This document shows positions 38,389 to 50,751 of a stretch of 60,000 nt of DNA, piece by piece. Both the position numbers and the translations under genes were made by a program. The stretch comes from Squalus acanthias (Eukaryota), in assembly GCA_030390025.1 (NCBI GenBank), contig CM059431.1, positions 113,896,001 to 113,956,000 on the forward strand. The letters are read 5' to 3'. Each line of letters begins with the position of its first letter. Position 1 is the stretch's first letter. Below the pieces are notes generated by a model, which saw only the letters and a list, made by a program, of their open reading frames with translations, did not search any database and was not told the DNA's origin.

Positions 38389-40219
38389 AAAGATGGTCTG
38401 ACGTATTCTGAATATTGCCAGTGTAAGAAACTTCTTTACACTGCGCATGTTTAAATGAAGTTGATAATTTGCCAAATAATGACGCAAAGCTTTAATTCAG
38501 CTCTAGTAAAATAAATTCAGTTTGTAAAATAAAAACAAGTTCAGTAAGTACACACAAACATGAAATTAAGGCAATAACTTATCATGTTTGTAATTCTATC
38601 CTTACTCTGGACTGTGATTTCGTACAAGCACTGTTGGAATCATAGTAAGCTTAGAAATTAAAACGTCCTTTGAAAAGAAAGAATCATCTAATGTACTTAC
38701 AGTCGATTTTGCTGTCCTTTTCCCTTAGTATGCTTCGCATCCAGGCTAATAGTCCTTTATATTTATGGACATTGGGACATCAGTCAATGTGCCAGGGATA
38801 TCTTTCCCACTTTTACACTAAGCAGACGATCACGTATATCTTACGGGACAGCTTTTATTTACCATCCTTGTATTCATTATCCTGTTACAATTGTTTCCTA
38901 TCCTGCAACTCTCAGGGCATGCTTCTCCACTTTTGACTCTTATGGTCCCTAATCCTTGACAATAAGTTGACAAAGTGCTGAAACACTGCAGCAAAGATTA
39001 GTTGCTTATTGTTTTAGCACCACCTGCTGGTTCAGAGTCCCCTGTTCCATGAGGCTATTGCTGAACTTCTCTCCTTGATGGTTATCTCCACCGCTCTTTG
39101 TCCTAATCCACTGACAGGTCTAGATCATGTTATGGATGGGGAAGGAAAAAACAAAAATAAATCTGGCCTTTCCAATCCACAGCGAGTAAGATGCCTTTCT
39201 TTTCTTCACTGTACAGTTGTTTAAATGCAGGCTCAGATGCTCACTATTCTAGATTGCCATTTTGCCTTGGGCTCCCTTCTGCTCTTCAACACCTATTGAT
39301 TCTATCTGACCTTTCATTTCTGGTTCCAGAGAGGATTATCCATCATCTGCTTGCCTTGCAGCATAAATTCCAGAATTCAATAGAAGATACTGTTCAGAAG
39401 CAAAAATGTATCAAGAAGATTTCTCTATACCTTAATCTTCCACAGTTTGAGCCACTCTTGACTTTGGTTCTATATGGTTAACCAAAAACTCTTCAGGTCA
39501 TCCACATGGATCTCCTAATGGTGATCCTGCTTTTTTCTCCTATCCGAGAAGATTGGATGACAAGTGAGTCAGCATATGATTCTGTCACTTCTAGCATTTT
39601 ACATTACATAGAATATACAGCACAGAAACAGGCCATTCGGCCCAACCAGTCTGTGCTGGTGTTTATACTTCACACGAGTCTCTCCCACTCTATCTACTTC
39701 ATCTCAGCCTTTCAGCATATCGATCTATTCATTTTTCTCTCGTGTACTTGTCTAGTTTCCTTTTGAAAGCATCTAAGCTATTTGCCTCAACCACTTCCTA
39801 TGGTAGTGAGTTCCACATTCTAATCACTCTCCGAGTAAAGAAATTTCTCCTTATTTCCCTATTGGATTTATTAGTAACTATCTTGTATTTATGGCCTCTA
39901 GTTTTGGATTCTCCCACAAGTAAAAACATTCTCTCCAAATCTACCCTGTCCAACCCATTCATAATTTTAAAGATCTCTATCAGGTCACCTCGAAGTCTTC
40001 TCTTTTTTAAAGAAAAATGCCCCAACCTGTTCAATCTTTCCTGATAGCTGAAATCTCTCAGTTCTGGTACCATCCTTGTAAATCTTTTTTGCACTTTCTC
40101 CAGTGCTTCTATGTCCTTTTTATAGTAGTCATGATGCGGAGATGCCGGTGTTGGACTGGGGTGGACAAAAATGAGAAGTCGCACAACACCAGGTTATAGT
40201 CCAACAGATTTATTTAAAA

Positions 40220-40257
40220 TTACAAGCTTTCGGAGCTGTTGCCCCTTCGTCAGGTAA
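40220..40257 (-). ncRNA. Minimal hammerhead ribozyme motif
   Basis: Reverse complement of the motif at 42260-42297. Confidence 0.78.
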
Positions 40258-40508
40258 AGGTACAACGAGGGAATCTACAGTATTACACAGTATATAAACA
40301 CAGAAAGCAATTTGTCTGCAGAGATACAATCTTTCAGGGAGGCATTACATCAAAGACACACCAGAGCACAGCCAAGACAATGAGATGGGTCACAGGGGGT
40401 CCAATGTGTCAAATCCTGCCGTCTGCAGTTGAGCTTTTAACCTTTTTTTTTGGTTTGGTTTTTTTGTGTTTTTTTTTAAAAACTGGAAAGACAGACAACG
40501 ATGTCGAG

Positions 40509-41869
40509 TCACGTTCTGTAGCATGACATGAACCCGATATCCCTATTGAGGCCGTCCTCATGGGTGCGGAACTTGGCTATCAGTTTCTGCTCGATGATTT
40601 TGCGTTGTCGTGTGTCTCGAAGGCCGCCTTGGAGAACGCTAACCCGCAGATCCGAGGCTGAATGTCCTTGACTGCTGAAGTGTTCCCCGACTGGGAGGTA
40701 ACAATCCTGCCTGGCGATTGTTGCACGGTGTCCATTCATACGTTGTCTCAGTGTCTCCATGGGCTCGCCGATGTACCATGCTCTGGGGCATCCTTTCCTG
40801 CAACGTATCAGATAGACAACGTTGGCCGAGTCACATGAGTATGTACCATGTACCTGGTGGGTAGTGTCCTCACGTGTGATGATGGTATCTGTGTTGATGA
40901 TCTGGCATGTCTTGCAGAGGTTGCCGTGGCAGGGTTGTGTGGTGTCGTGGTCGCTGTTCTCCTGACAGCTGGGTAATTTGCTGCGAACGATGGTACTTTT
41001 GAGGTTAGGCGGCTGCTTGAAGGTGAGTAGTGGAGGCGTGGGGATTGGCCTTAGCAAGGTGTTCGTCGTCATCGATGACGTGTTGAAGGCTGCGAAGAAC
41101 ATGGCATAGTTTCTCCGCTCCGGGGAAGTACTGGACGGCGTAAAGTACTCTGTTGGTTGTGTCCCGTGTTCGCCTTCTGAGGAGGTCTATGCGGTTTTTT
41201 GCTGTGGTCCGTCGGAACTGTCGATCGACGAGTCGAGCATCATATCTCGTTCTTACGAGGGCGTCTTTCAGTGTCCGTAGGTGTCCATCGCGTTCCTCCT
41301 CGTCTGAGCAGATCCTGTGTATTCGCAGGGCTTGTCCATAGGGGATGGCTTCTTTAACGTGGTTAGGGTGGAAGCTGGAGAAGTGGAGCATCGTGAGGTT
41401 GTCCGTGGGCTTGCGGTAGAGTGAAGTGCTGAGGCGTCCGTCTTTGATGGAGATTCGTGTGTCCAAGAATGAAACCGATTCTGAGGAGTAGTCCATGGTG
41501 AATTTGATGGTGGGATGGAACCTGTTGATGTTATCGTGTAGTCCTTTCAGTGATCCTTCAACATGGGTCCAAAGGAAGAAGATGTCGTCGATGTATCTGG
41601 TGTACAGCGTTGGTTGGAGGTCCTGTGCAGCGAAGAAGTCTTGCTCGAACTTGTGCATGAAGATGTTGGTGTATTGGGGTGCGAATTTGGTCCCCATGGC
41701 TGTTCCGTGAGTTTGGGTAAAAAACTGGTTGTCGAAGGTGAAGACATTGTGGTCAAGGATGAAACGGATGAGTTGTAGGATGGCGTCTGGAGATTGGCTG
41801 TTGTTGGTGTTGAGTACTGAGGCTGTCGCAGCGATGCCATCATCGTGGGGGATATTGGTGTAGAGTGCC
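40509..41869 (-). pseudogene. Penelope reverse transcriptase plus GIY-YIG endonuclease, 5'-truncated, one frameshift near 41040
   Basis: ALYTNIPH, QTHGTAMGT, YTRYIDDIFF, VSFLDTRI, LYRKPTD; C..C zinc motif and NVVYLIRC...WYIGE. Confidence 0.93.
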
Positions 41870-42259
41870 TCGGATCTGCGGGTTAGCGTTCTCCAAGGCG
41901 GCCTTCGAGACACACGACAACGCAAAATCATCGAGCAGAAACTGATAGCCAAGTTCTGCACCCATGAGGACGGCCTCAATAGGGATATCGGGTTCATGTC
42001 ACGCTACAGAACGTGACTCGACATCGTTGTCTGTCTTTCCAGTTTAAAAAAAAACACAAAAAAAAACAAACCAAAAAAAAAAGCTCAACTGCAGACGGAA
42101 GGATTTGACATGTTGGACCCCCTGTGACCCATCTCATTGTCTTGGCTGTGCTCTGGTGTGTCTTTGATGTAATGCCTCCCTGAAAGATTGTATCTCTGCA
42201 GACAAATTGCTTTCTGTGTTTATATACTGTGTAATACTGTAGATTCCCTCATTGTACCT

Positions 42260-42297
42260 TTACCTGACGAAGGGGCAACAGCTCCGAAAGCTTGTAA
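42260..42297 (+). ncRNA. Minimal hammerhead ribozyme motif
   Basis: UUAC-CUGACGA-A-GGGGC(AACA)GCUCC-GAA-AGCU-U-GUAA: stem I UUAC/GUAA, stem II, palindromic stem III. Confidence 0.8.
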
Positions 42298-42744
42298 TTT
42301 TAAATAAATCTGTTGGACTATAACCTGGTGTTGTGCGACTTCTCCTTTTTATAGTATGGAGACCAGAACTCTGCACAGCAAGTTTAACATAACTTCACTA
42401 CTTTTGAATTCTATACCCCTAGAAATAAATCCCAGGGCTTTGTTAGCATTTTAATTGATTTTCTGACCTGCAAAGCTGCTTTTAATGATGTGTTCACCTG
42501 TATCCCTTTACTCTTCTACTCCATTCAGTTTCTTATGTTCTAAGGCGTAAGTGATGTTTCTATTTTTTTCTACCAAAGTGCATCACCTCACATTTATCTA
42601 TGTTATAGTTCATTTGCCACTTAACTGCCCAGTCTGCGAGTTTTCTAATGTCTTCTTGTATTATGTTGCATTCTTCCTCAGTGTTAGCTATACCCCCCAG
42701 TTTGGTATCATCTGCAAATTTCGATACCGAGTTACTTGTTCCTA

Positions 42745-43120
42745 AGTTCGAATTAATGCCAGACTCATGGAACAAAGGTCTTCCCGGCAGGATGTAAGGT
42801 CTGATGTGAAATGAGTTTGGTAGTGTCAGTTTCGAATGGGTCCAGGTCCTCAATTCAAAACTTCCCATGATTTGATGCAAAACTGACAATCTTGCTCAGA
42901 AAGACAATAAGATTCTCACACTGGTAATTGGAAAAAAATCACAATGGTGCAGTAAGGGGTACTTGTCTGAGGTTTGTGTTAAGGCACGTTATTGAGTTCT
43001 ACTCTATACCTTGTCCATGTTATACTGGGGTTAAGAGTGCTTATCGTTGACACTGGGCTCTCAATGTAGAGAAAACAGTTCAACCCTCAGTGCAAATATT
43101 CATCAGATGTCGAGCAAAAA
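42745..43120 (+). mobile_element. Ancient LF-SINE-like element, degraded
   Basis: B-box-like GTTCGAAT, then ATGTGAAATGAGTTTGGTAGTGTCAG resembling the recalled LF-SINE core. Confidence 0.45.
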
Positions 43121-43490
43121 TAATTCACAAAGACAAAGCTTTAAAAAAAAGCCTTGTTTTCCCAATCCCTGGTCATTCAAGTATTATGGATGAAATTATG
43201 CAAATATCTGCGTGACCATCCAAGACACAGAGCTAGCTTTGCTTTTTCCATCAGAACTGGGAAGGTGACTTCTTTTTCTGACTTCTAATATCATCAATGA
43301 CTGCTTCAGTCCTTACTGTATGTAATATCTTTAAAAAAGAGTTCTCTTTAATTTGAGACTTTCAAAACTGAAACTCTCCTCATCATCCAAGAAAATTCAT
43401 TAACAGCTCTTACAATAGAATATTTGTAGACTTTTTGCACAAAGCAAGTCTCAGTCTTCCTGCGGCAATTTAAATAAAAGATACCTGGTT

Positions 43491-44382
43491 GGGGGGGGGG
43501 GCGCGGTTAACTTAAAAAAAACAGTGGGTTGGGGGTGTGGGGTTAGTTAAAGTGTTAAATATCGGAATCCCAACCCGAACTCACCTCCAACCTGCCCACG
43601 TCCGGTTTTAAAGAGGCCTCCGATCAGCCCCCAACCCCAGGCCTCCCCCCCCAAGCCTCCGATCACCACCACCCCCAGGCCTCCGATCACCCCCCAGGCC
43701 TCACCGCCCCCCCCCCCCCCAGGCCTCCAATCACCCCCCCAGGCCTCCCCCCAAGCCTCCGATCACCCCCCCTCAGGCCTCCGATCCCCCCACGAGGCCT
43801 CCCCCCCCCCACCCAGGCCTCCGATCAGCCCCCACCCCCAGGCCTTCCCCCCCCAGGCCTCCGATCACCGCCCAGGCCTCCCCCCCAAGCCTACGATCAC
43901 CCCCCAAGCCTCCCACGCCCTCAGGCCTCCGATCCCCCCACGAGGCCCCCCCGCCCCAGGCCTCCAATACCCCCCTCCTCCGGCCCTCCTGTGCTGCTCC
44001 TCTGGCCCACGATCCTCTTTGGAGCCAACCCCCCACCCCCCCCCATCCTCCTCCAGCCCCGGATCTTCTTGCCGCTTCCCCCCCTCCCCCCCGTCCGATC
44101 TTCTCCTGCCCCGCGACCCCTCAATCCTCTCCCGGCATGACCCCCACACGATCCCTCCCTCCCCACTCTGTGCGGCCTAGTGCTGCAGGCCTACCTGCCC
44201 GGAGCCAGCCAGCCTCTCAATCTGGCTGGCTGCGGGTGGGAAACAGAGGCTTCCCATTCAAATCAAGCCCTACTGTTAAAGTTGGCAGGGCCTGCAGGAA
44301 ACCTATTCTCTCAGGTTTCCCGACCTCCTCAGAGCCCCCCCACACCACCCCCAACCCGCCTTCCCCACTAAAATTCAACCCC
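43491..44382. mobile_element. Harbinger-type MITE with an expanded internal minisatellite
   Basis: Right TIR AAAATTCAACCCC. Segment 44180-44240 is an inverse homolog of 29195-29255. The left end is degenerate. Confidence 0.65.
43614..43975 (+). repeat. C-rich minisatellite, about 19 AGGCCTCC(GATCA)Cn units
   Basis: Direct reading of tandem units. Confidence 0.9.
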
Positions 44383-44454
44383 TAGTCTTCAGTATCCTTG
44401 GCTAGCAGGTTTACAAAAATCTCAGGAAAGCCCCAACAAAGTCTTGTGGAATTA

Positions 44455-47045
44455 AAATAGAAAATGTTGGAAATACTCAGCAGTTCAGGCAGCCTCTGTG
44501 GAGTGAGAAACCGAGTTAACGTTTCAGGTCGTTGACCCTTCGTCACAACTGGCAATATTTAGAGATGTAACTGGTTTTAAGCAAGTACAGAGGCAGGAAA
44601 AGGGGGGAGGGGAGGAAAGAGCAAAAGGGAAGGTCAGTGAGAGGGTGGAAGGTGGGAGTGATTGAGTGACAAAAGGGATGATGGTGCAAGGCAAAAGGGG
44701 GTGATAATGGGACAAGTAAATAAACTAAAGATAGGTCTCGAGGAGGTGTAAATGGCTACAGCAGAATCATAACCAGCACCTGCTGTCCGAAAAAATGGGA
44801 GCAGTGGTTATGATCTGAAATTGTTGAACTCAGTGTTGTTTCCAGAGGGCTGTAAAGTGCCTAATCGAAAGATGAGGCACTGTTCCTCGAGCTTCTGTTG
44901 AGCTCCATTAGGACTGTGTTGGAGGCCGAGGTCAGAGTGGGAGTGGGATGGAGAATTAATATTGCGAGCGACCGGAAGCTCAGGGTCATTCCTGCAGACT
45001 GAACGGAGGTGTTCCGCAAAGCGGTCACTTAATCTGTGTTTGCCTCTCCAATGTGGAGGAGACCACATTGTGAGAAGCGAATACAGTATACTAAATTGAA
45101 AGAAGTACAAATAAATTGCTGTTTCACCTGGAAGGAGTGTTTGTGGCCCTGGACGGTGGGAAGGGAGGAGGTAAAAGGGCAGGTGATGCATCTCCTGCGG
45201 TTGCATGGGAAGGTGCCGTGGGAAGGGGAGGGGGTGTTGGGGGTGATTGAAGAGTGGACCAGGGTGTCGTGGAGGGAACAGACCTTTTGGAATGCTGAAA
45301 GGGGAGGGGAGGGTAAGATTTGTTTGGCGATGGCATCGTGCTGGAGGTGGCGGAAATGGCGGAGGATGATCCGTTGAATGTGGAGGCTGGTGGGGTGAAA
45401 GGTGAGGACAAGGGGAACCCTATCATGGTTCTGGAAGGGAGGGGAAGGGGTGAGAGTAGAAGTGCGGGAAATGGGCTGGATATGGTCGAGGGCCCTGTCA
45501 ACCAAGTTGGAGAGGAATACTCAGTTGAGGAAAAAGGAAGACAGATCGGAAGCACTGGTATGGAAGGTGGCATTGTCAGAACAGATGCGACGGAGACGGA
45601 GAAACTGAGAGAATGGAATAGAGTCCTTACAGGAAGCCAGGTGAGAGGAAGTGTAATCAAAGTAGCTGTGGGAGTCAGTGGGCTATTAGTGGATATTGGT
45701 CAACAGCCTATCCCCAGAAATTGAGACAAAGAAGTTGAGGAAGGGAAGAGAAGAGTCGGAGATGGACCATGTGAAGGTGAGGGAGGGGTAGAAATTGGAA
45801 GCAAAGTTGATGAAATTTTCCTGTTCAGGGCGACAGCAAAAAGTGGCACTAATACAGTCATCTATGTACCGGAAAAAGAGGTGAGGAGGAGACCTGAGTA
45901 GGACTAGAACAAAGAATGTTCCACGTACCCCATGAAAAGGCAGGCGTAGCTAGGACCCATACGGGTTCCCATAGCAACACCTTTTATTTGGAAGAATTAA
46001 GTGGAGTCAAAGGAGAAATTGTTCAATGTGAGAACAAGTTCAGCCAGGCGGAGGAGGGTGGTGGTGGATGGGGACTGGTTGGGCCTCTGTTCAAGGAAGA
46101 AGTAGAGCGCCCTCAGGCCGTCCTGGTGGAGGATGGAGGTGTAGAGGGACTGTGCGTCCATAGTGAAAAGGAGACGGTTGGGGCCAAGAAACTGGAAACT
46201 GTTAAAGTGGCAGAGGGCATCGGAAGAGTCGCAGATGTAGGTGGGAAGAGACTAAACAAGGGGAGAAAAATAGAGTTGAGATAGGAAGAAATCAGTTCCG
46301 TGGGGCAAGAACAGGCTGAAACGATGGGTCTACCAGGGCAGTCCTGTTTGTGGATCTTGGGAAGGAGGTAGAAGTGGGCTGTACTGGATTGGGGGACTAT
46401 GAGGTTGGAGACCATGGCGGGAAGATCTCCAGAGGAGATTAGGTCAGTGACAGTCTGGGAAATGACGGCTTGATGTTCGGTAGTGGGGTCATGGTCCAGG
46501 GGGAGGTAGGAGGAGGTGTCAGAGATTTGTCATTCAGCCTCCACAAGGTAGAAGTCCATTCGCCAGACAACAACAGCGTCACCCTTATCAGCAGATTTAA
46601 TGACAATGTTAGGGTTGGGCCTGAGAGAACGGAGTGCTGCAAGTTCAGGGGGAGGTAGATTGGAGTGAGTGAGGGGAGCAGAGAAATTGAGACGGCCGAT
46701 GTCACGCCGGCAGTTCCCAATGAAAAGATCTAGAGAGGGTAAGAGGCCAGAGGGAGAGGTCCAGGTGGAACGAGAATTCTGAAGACGGGAGAAAGAGTCC
46801 GCTGTGCGGGTGGAAGACTCCTGGCCAAAGAAGTGGGGGCGGAGGCAAAGAAGACGAAAGAAAAGCTCAGCCTCATGCCAAGCTCGAAATTCATTCAGGT
46901 GGTGGCATAAGGGGATGAAGCTGAGGCCTTTGCTGAGGGCTGATTGTTCGGGGTCAGAGAGGGGAAGGTCAGAGGGGAGAGTGAAAACACGGCAAAGGGT
47001 GAGATTGGAAGGAGGGATGAGGTCAGAGCAAAATGAAGGGGCAGA
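44455..47045 (-). mobile_element. Penelope-like element (family 2), long decayed RT plus GIY-YIG
   Basis: FYLLPKIHKQDCPGRPIVS; VPLVLTFHP; CTSFNLVYCIRFSQCGLLHIGE; many frameshifts. Mutated hammerhead at 44514-44550. Confidence 0.93.
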
Positions 47046-47124
47046 AGGTTCCGGACTCTTGTGGAATTCAGTTATATTTTCAGATTTGCCAAATCCATCA
47101 GCAAAAGACCAAGAAAAAGGTGTT

Positions 47125-47804
47125 GGGGTAGAAACTACCTGGGCCCATTTTCACAAGCAGGGTGTGCCCAAACTGGGAGGCCTATGGCCCATCCGAAATT
47201 GGGCCTCGGGCCTCATCTAAATGATGTGAGCGGGTTGCCGACGCCTGTCTCACCTCCACAGGCAGCCCGTCCATTTCAGACAGCCAATTTCAGGCTGCTT
47301 GCCTTGATGGCAGCAACCGTTAGGTAAGTGATGGTAAGGGAAGGGGATGACAGCGTTGGGGGTGGCGGGGCGGGTGTGGTCGGTGATTGCAGCTGGCAGC
47401 AGCCAGCAGAAGAACGTTGGAACCGGGAGGGGCCCCACTTGCTCCTCCTGGATGGATTTTTTAAAGAAACAATTTACCCACCTTTTTGATAGCGGCCGCT
47501 TGCTAGGCCACCTGCACACCTGCAAAAACCTGAGCAGCGCAGGCCTGACACCTCCTCCCCTCAGGGCAGCCCAATTTCAGGAAGGCGTCCTAAAACAGAC
47601 ATTAGGCCCCCTTATTAGCACAGGCTAACGGCCAAACGCCTGCTTTAGGTGGCCACCCAGACTCCTGAAAATCGCCTGATGCCAATATGCTGTCGGACAT
47701 TTTACAGGCATCCCTAGGGCTCGGGCCATAGCTCTGTAAAATTGGTAATTTTTGTTCCATTTTCTGGCTGTAATATGGGTGCATCATTGGCCAATTTCTA
47801 CTCC
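47125..47804. mobile_element. Harbinger-type MITE
   Basis: TIRs GGGGTAGAAACT / AATTTCTACTCC; flanks GTT/ATT. Confidence 0.7.
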
Positions 47805-47862
47805 ATTGAGTACACTTGAAGGAATACAGTTGGGAGTCCAAGCTGAGAAATAATGAAGCTAT

Positions 47863-48019
47863 GGGGGTGAACTGGGTGATAGAGCGCTGGCAGCCCGTTT
47901 TACATTCCGCCCGATTGTCTTTCCCATTGTTTTGGAAAAGACAATCAGGCAGTGCGTAAGACAGGCTGCCGATCGCTTTCGCTCATTTTGTTCCACCACC
48001 CAAGACAAATTTCACCCCC
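47863..48019. mobile_element. Short palindromic Harbinger-type MITE
   Basis: TIRs GGGGGTGAA / TTCACCCCC; internal hairpin GGCAGCC...GATTGTCTTTCCCA-loop-TGGAAAAGACAATC...GGCTGCC. Confidence 0.78.
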
Positions 48020-48028
48020 TTTGTCTCA

Positions 48029-48700
48029 GCAACAACCTGCATTTATAGAGCATCTTTAACGTAGTAAAACGTCCCAAGGCACTTCACAGGAGCGTTATCA
48101 AACAGAATTTGACACCAAGCCACACATGGAGATAGTAGGGCAGGTGGAGATAGGTTTTAAGGAGCGTCTTAAAGAAGAGAGAGGCAGAGAGGTTTAGGGA
48201 AGCAATTCCAGAGCCGAGGGCCCAGGCAGCTGAAGGCACGGCTGCCAATGGTGGAGCGATTAAAATCGAGGTGCGCAACAGGCCAGACTTGGAGGAACAC
48301 AGAGATCTCGGAGGGTTGTAGGACTGGAGGACGTTGCAGCGATAGCGAAGTTCAAGGCCATGGTGGGATTTGAAAACAGAGATGAGAATTTTAAAATTGA
48401 GGCGTTGTCAGACCGGGAGCCAATGTAGGTCAGCGAGTACAGGGGTGATGGGTGAACAGGACTTGGTGCGAGTTATGACATGGGCAGCAGAGTTTTGGAT
48501 GAGTTCTAGTTTATGGAGGGTGGAAAAAGGGAGGCCGGCCAGTGGAGCATTGGAGTAATTAAGTTTAGAGGTAACAAAGGCATGGATGAGGGTTTCAGCA
48601 GCAGATGAGCTGAAGTGTGGTGGCGACGGGTGACGTTACGGAGGTGGAAGCAGGCAGTCCTGGTGATGGAGAGGATATGTGGTCAGAAGCTCATCTCAGG
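48029..48700 (-). mobile_element. L2 LINE 3' fragment
   Basis: Collinear with 37391-38105. Confidence 0.92.
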
Positions 48701-49306
48701 TGGTGGACATTCCTTTCACCAAAGACTGGCGCAATGATTGGCATACGCACTTCCAACATATCAGCGTAAATGTCAATACTCAGTGAAATACTGAGGAAGG
48801 ATGTACATGGTGCAGCATCAAGGCTCATGGGTTATAAAACAGATTGGTAAATGGAATGCCTTCATTAGGGCCTTGAAGTTATGCTGTATAATCATAATGT
48901 ACAGATGCTTAATGTGCACTTTGCCACTCTTTTAATGGAGGCACTAACCCCTTTGTTTTAAATGGATTACTGCCTCTGTTATAACAGGAATTATGCCAAT
49001 CAGCTAATATTATAGAGAGTTACTTCAAGGCCTATATTTGTGTTTATAAGCTGTTACATATATATTTTTAAACATGTGTAAATAATGTGTGAATATGCAT
49101 TTATATTTCTATTGAATGTGTGAATAGGGGAGCAGTGCTTAACTATTTTTGTAATTCCATTGCAAAATTCCCACTGCTGCAACATATGTACGAATGCAGT
49201 CAGTCCTCCAGTATATGCATGTGTGAGAAATAATGGTGGAATCCCACACTGGAAATACCAATAATTGGGCAATCCCGTTTCTCACTTCCTGTTTCCAGTA
49301 GTGTTC

Positions 49307-49420
49307 TGGACTGCAGCGGTTCAAGAAGGCGGCTCACCACCACCTTCTCGAGGGCAATTAGAGATGGGCAATAAATGCTGGACTCGTCAGCGATGCCCAC
49401 ATCCCATGAACAAATTTTTA
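49307..49420 (+). mobile_element. Crack-like LINE 3' tail
   Basis: Reverse complement of 23505-23610. Confidence 0.85.
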
Positions 49421-49858
49421 AAAAACAGAAATGTGCATACATGCAAAATTAATAGCTCCACAGAATTCTTTAAATTAATTCAATAAAAAAAAATACATTG
49501 CCAAGCACTATAATCCTGACGTTTGTCGAATTCACAAAAAGACCTGAAACACTCAAGAGTTGATGAGATATAGTTTTAGTTTTTAAAAATTTACTCAACT
49601 ATCATTGTTGACCTCTCCAACTTAGTAAAAAATTCTTACTTTAATTTTCACACACTTGAAATAAATGTTAGGATTTCCCTACTGACAAAATGTTAACCTG
49701 ATGATGAATAATTTAGTTATTTACACACTTTCTGTTGCTAAGAAAGAAAGCACATTTTGATAGAATACAAACACATGAAAAATGGATGGGAAAAGACCAT
49801 CAGGCTTATCAAGCCATTCAGTGCAGTACTGATGGAGTGCTACATTGTCGGAGATGCC

Positions 49859-50287
49859 GGGCTGGATTTTGAATGACCCATGGAGTCGGGTTTGGAGGCG
49901 TGTGGGGGGTTAAATTTGCGGGGTCGGAGTTTCCGACCCCATCCCGCCTCCATGCAATTTTGACAAAATCAGTCGCGGGGTTCCCGACTCCGTCCCGCCT
50001 CCAAGAGGCGGGAGAGGCCATTAAAGCCCTTAACAAGCCCTAAATTGGCTCTGTAATGCTATTATGAAACGTTGTAGCTAGTTTAACCCTTTTCTGACGT
50101 GAAGTACGCCTGGTGTGAAACACTCCAGTGAAACCTGGCGGAAGCACAAGTGGATAGCTGACTATGAGCTGCAGGTCCACTATTACAACGGAGATGTGAT
50201 GAAGGTAGTAGTAGTATTAGGTCTGAAAGTCGCCTCTGATTTTGCTGCATTGAATGTGTTCAGAGACTGCCTGGCCTTTGATATATA

Positions 50288-50340
<53 letters not shown>

Positions 50341-50604
50341 GGCAGGTCCTCTCTCTGCAACAGCCAGACAGTCTCTGAGACCAGGCAGAGAGTCTCTCAC
50401 TTGCAATGCAGCAGGAATGATGACATCATCAGAGGCGACTTTCAGACTGAAACCACTAATTAGTTCATGGGTTCCCACATGCTGGAACTCAATTGCCCAA
50501 TTAAGTGAAAATTGCATCATTCATCCACATTAATCTGGAGTCGGGGGGGAACACGAAATGCGGATGGCACAACCCCAACCCGACCCCAAGACAAAATCCA
50601 GCCC
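49859..50604. mobile_element. Harbinger-type MITE
   Basis: TIRs GGGCTGGATTTTG / CAAAATCCAGCCC; perfect GCC TSD. Confidence 0.88.
50281..50338 (+). repeat. Compound microsatellite (AT)n(CT)n(CA)n
   Basis: Direct reading. Confidence 0.97.
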
Positions 50605-50751
50605 GCCGTCTTTCAGATGAGACATTAAACCGAGGCCCTGTCTGCCCCCTCAGCTGGACGTAAAATATTCCAATGCACTATTCGAAGCAGGTGGGTTCTT
50701 CCGGTGTGTTGGCCAATAATTATCCCTCACCCAACATCACTAAAACAGTTT

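Larger units (their letters stand above)
40130..42344 (-). mobile_element. 5'-truncated Penelope-like element (family 1) with inverted 3'-end copy
   Basis: RT plus GIY-YIG on the minus strand. Inverted repeats about 40173-40658 and 41867-42344. TSD TCCTTTTTATAGTA at 40114-40127 and 42343-42356. Confidence 0.95.
39605..42735 (-). mobile_element. CR1 LINE 3' fragment hosting a Penelope insertion
   Basis: SKFADDTKLGG...WQMNYNIDKCEVMHFG (42560-42735) continuing as YKKDIEALEKVQKRFTR...RVIRMWNSLP (39798-40127). Confidence 0.9.

Noticed and set aside
39150..39560. Possible very old RTE-like LINE 3' remnant (minus strand)
   Set aside because: Only a faint motif resemblance; too degraded to support.
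41870..41997. Novel N-terminal extension on the 330-aa RT ORF
   Set aside because: It is the antisense reading of the inverted 3' copy, an artefact of the inversion.
43614..43975. CRISPR-like repeat-spacer array
   Set aside because: The spacers are poly-C runs, the context is eukaryotic and there are no cas genes; it is a minisatellite.
44514..44550. Active hammerhead in Penelope family 2
   Set aside because: The core reads GUGACGA instead of CUGACGA, so it is probably inactive.
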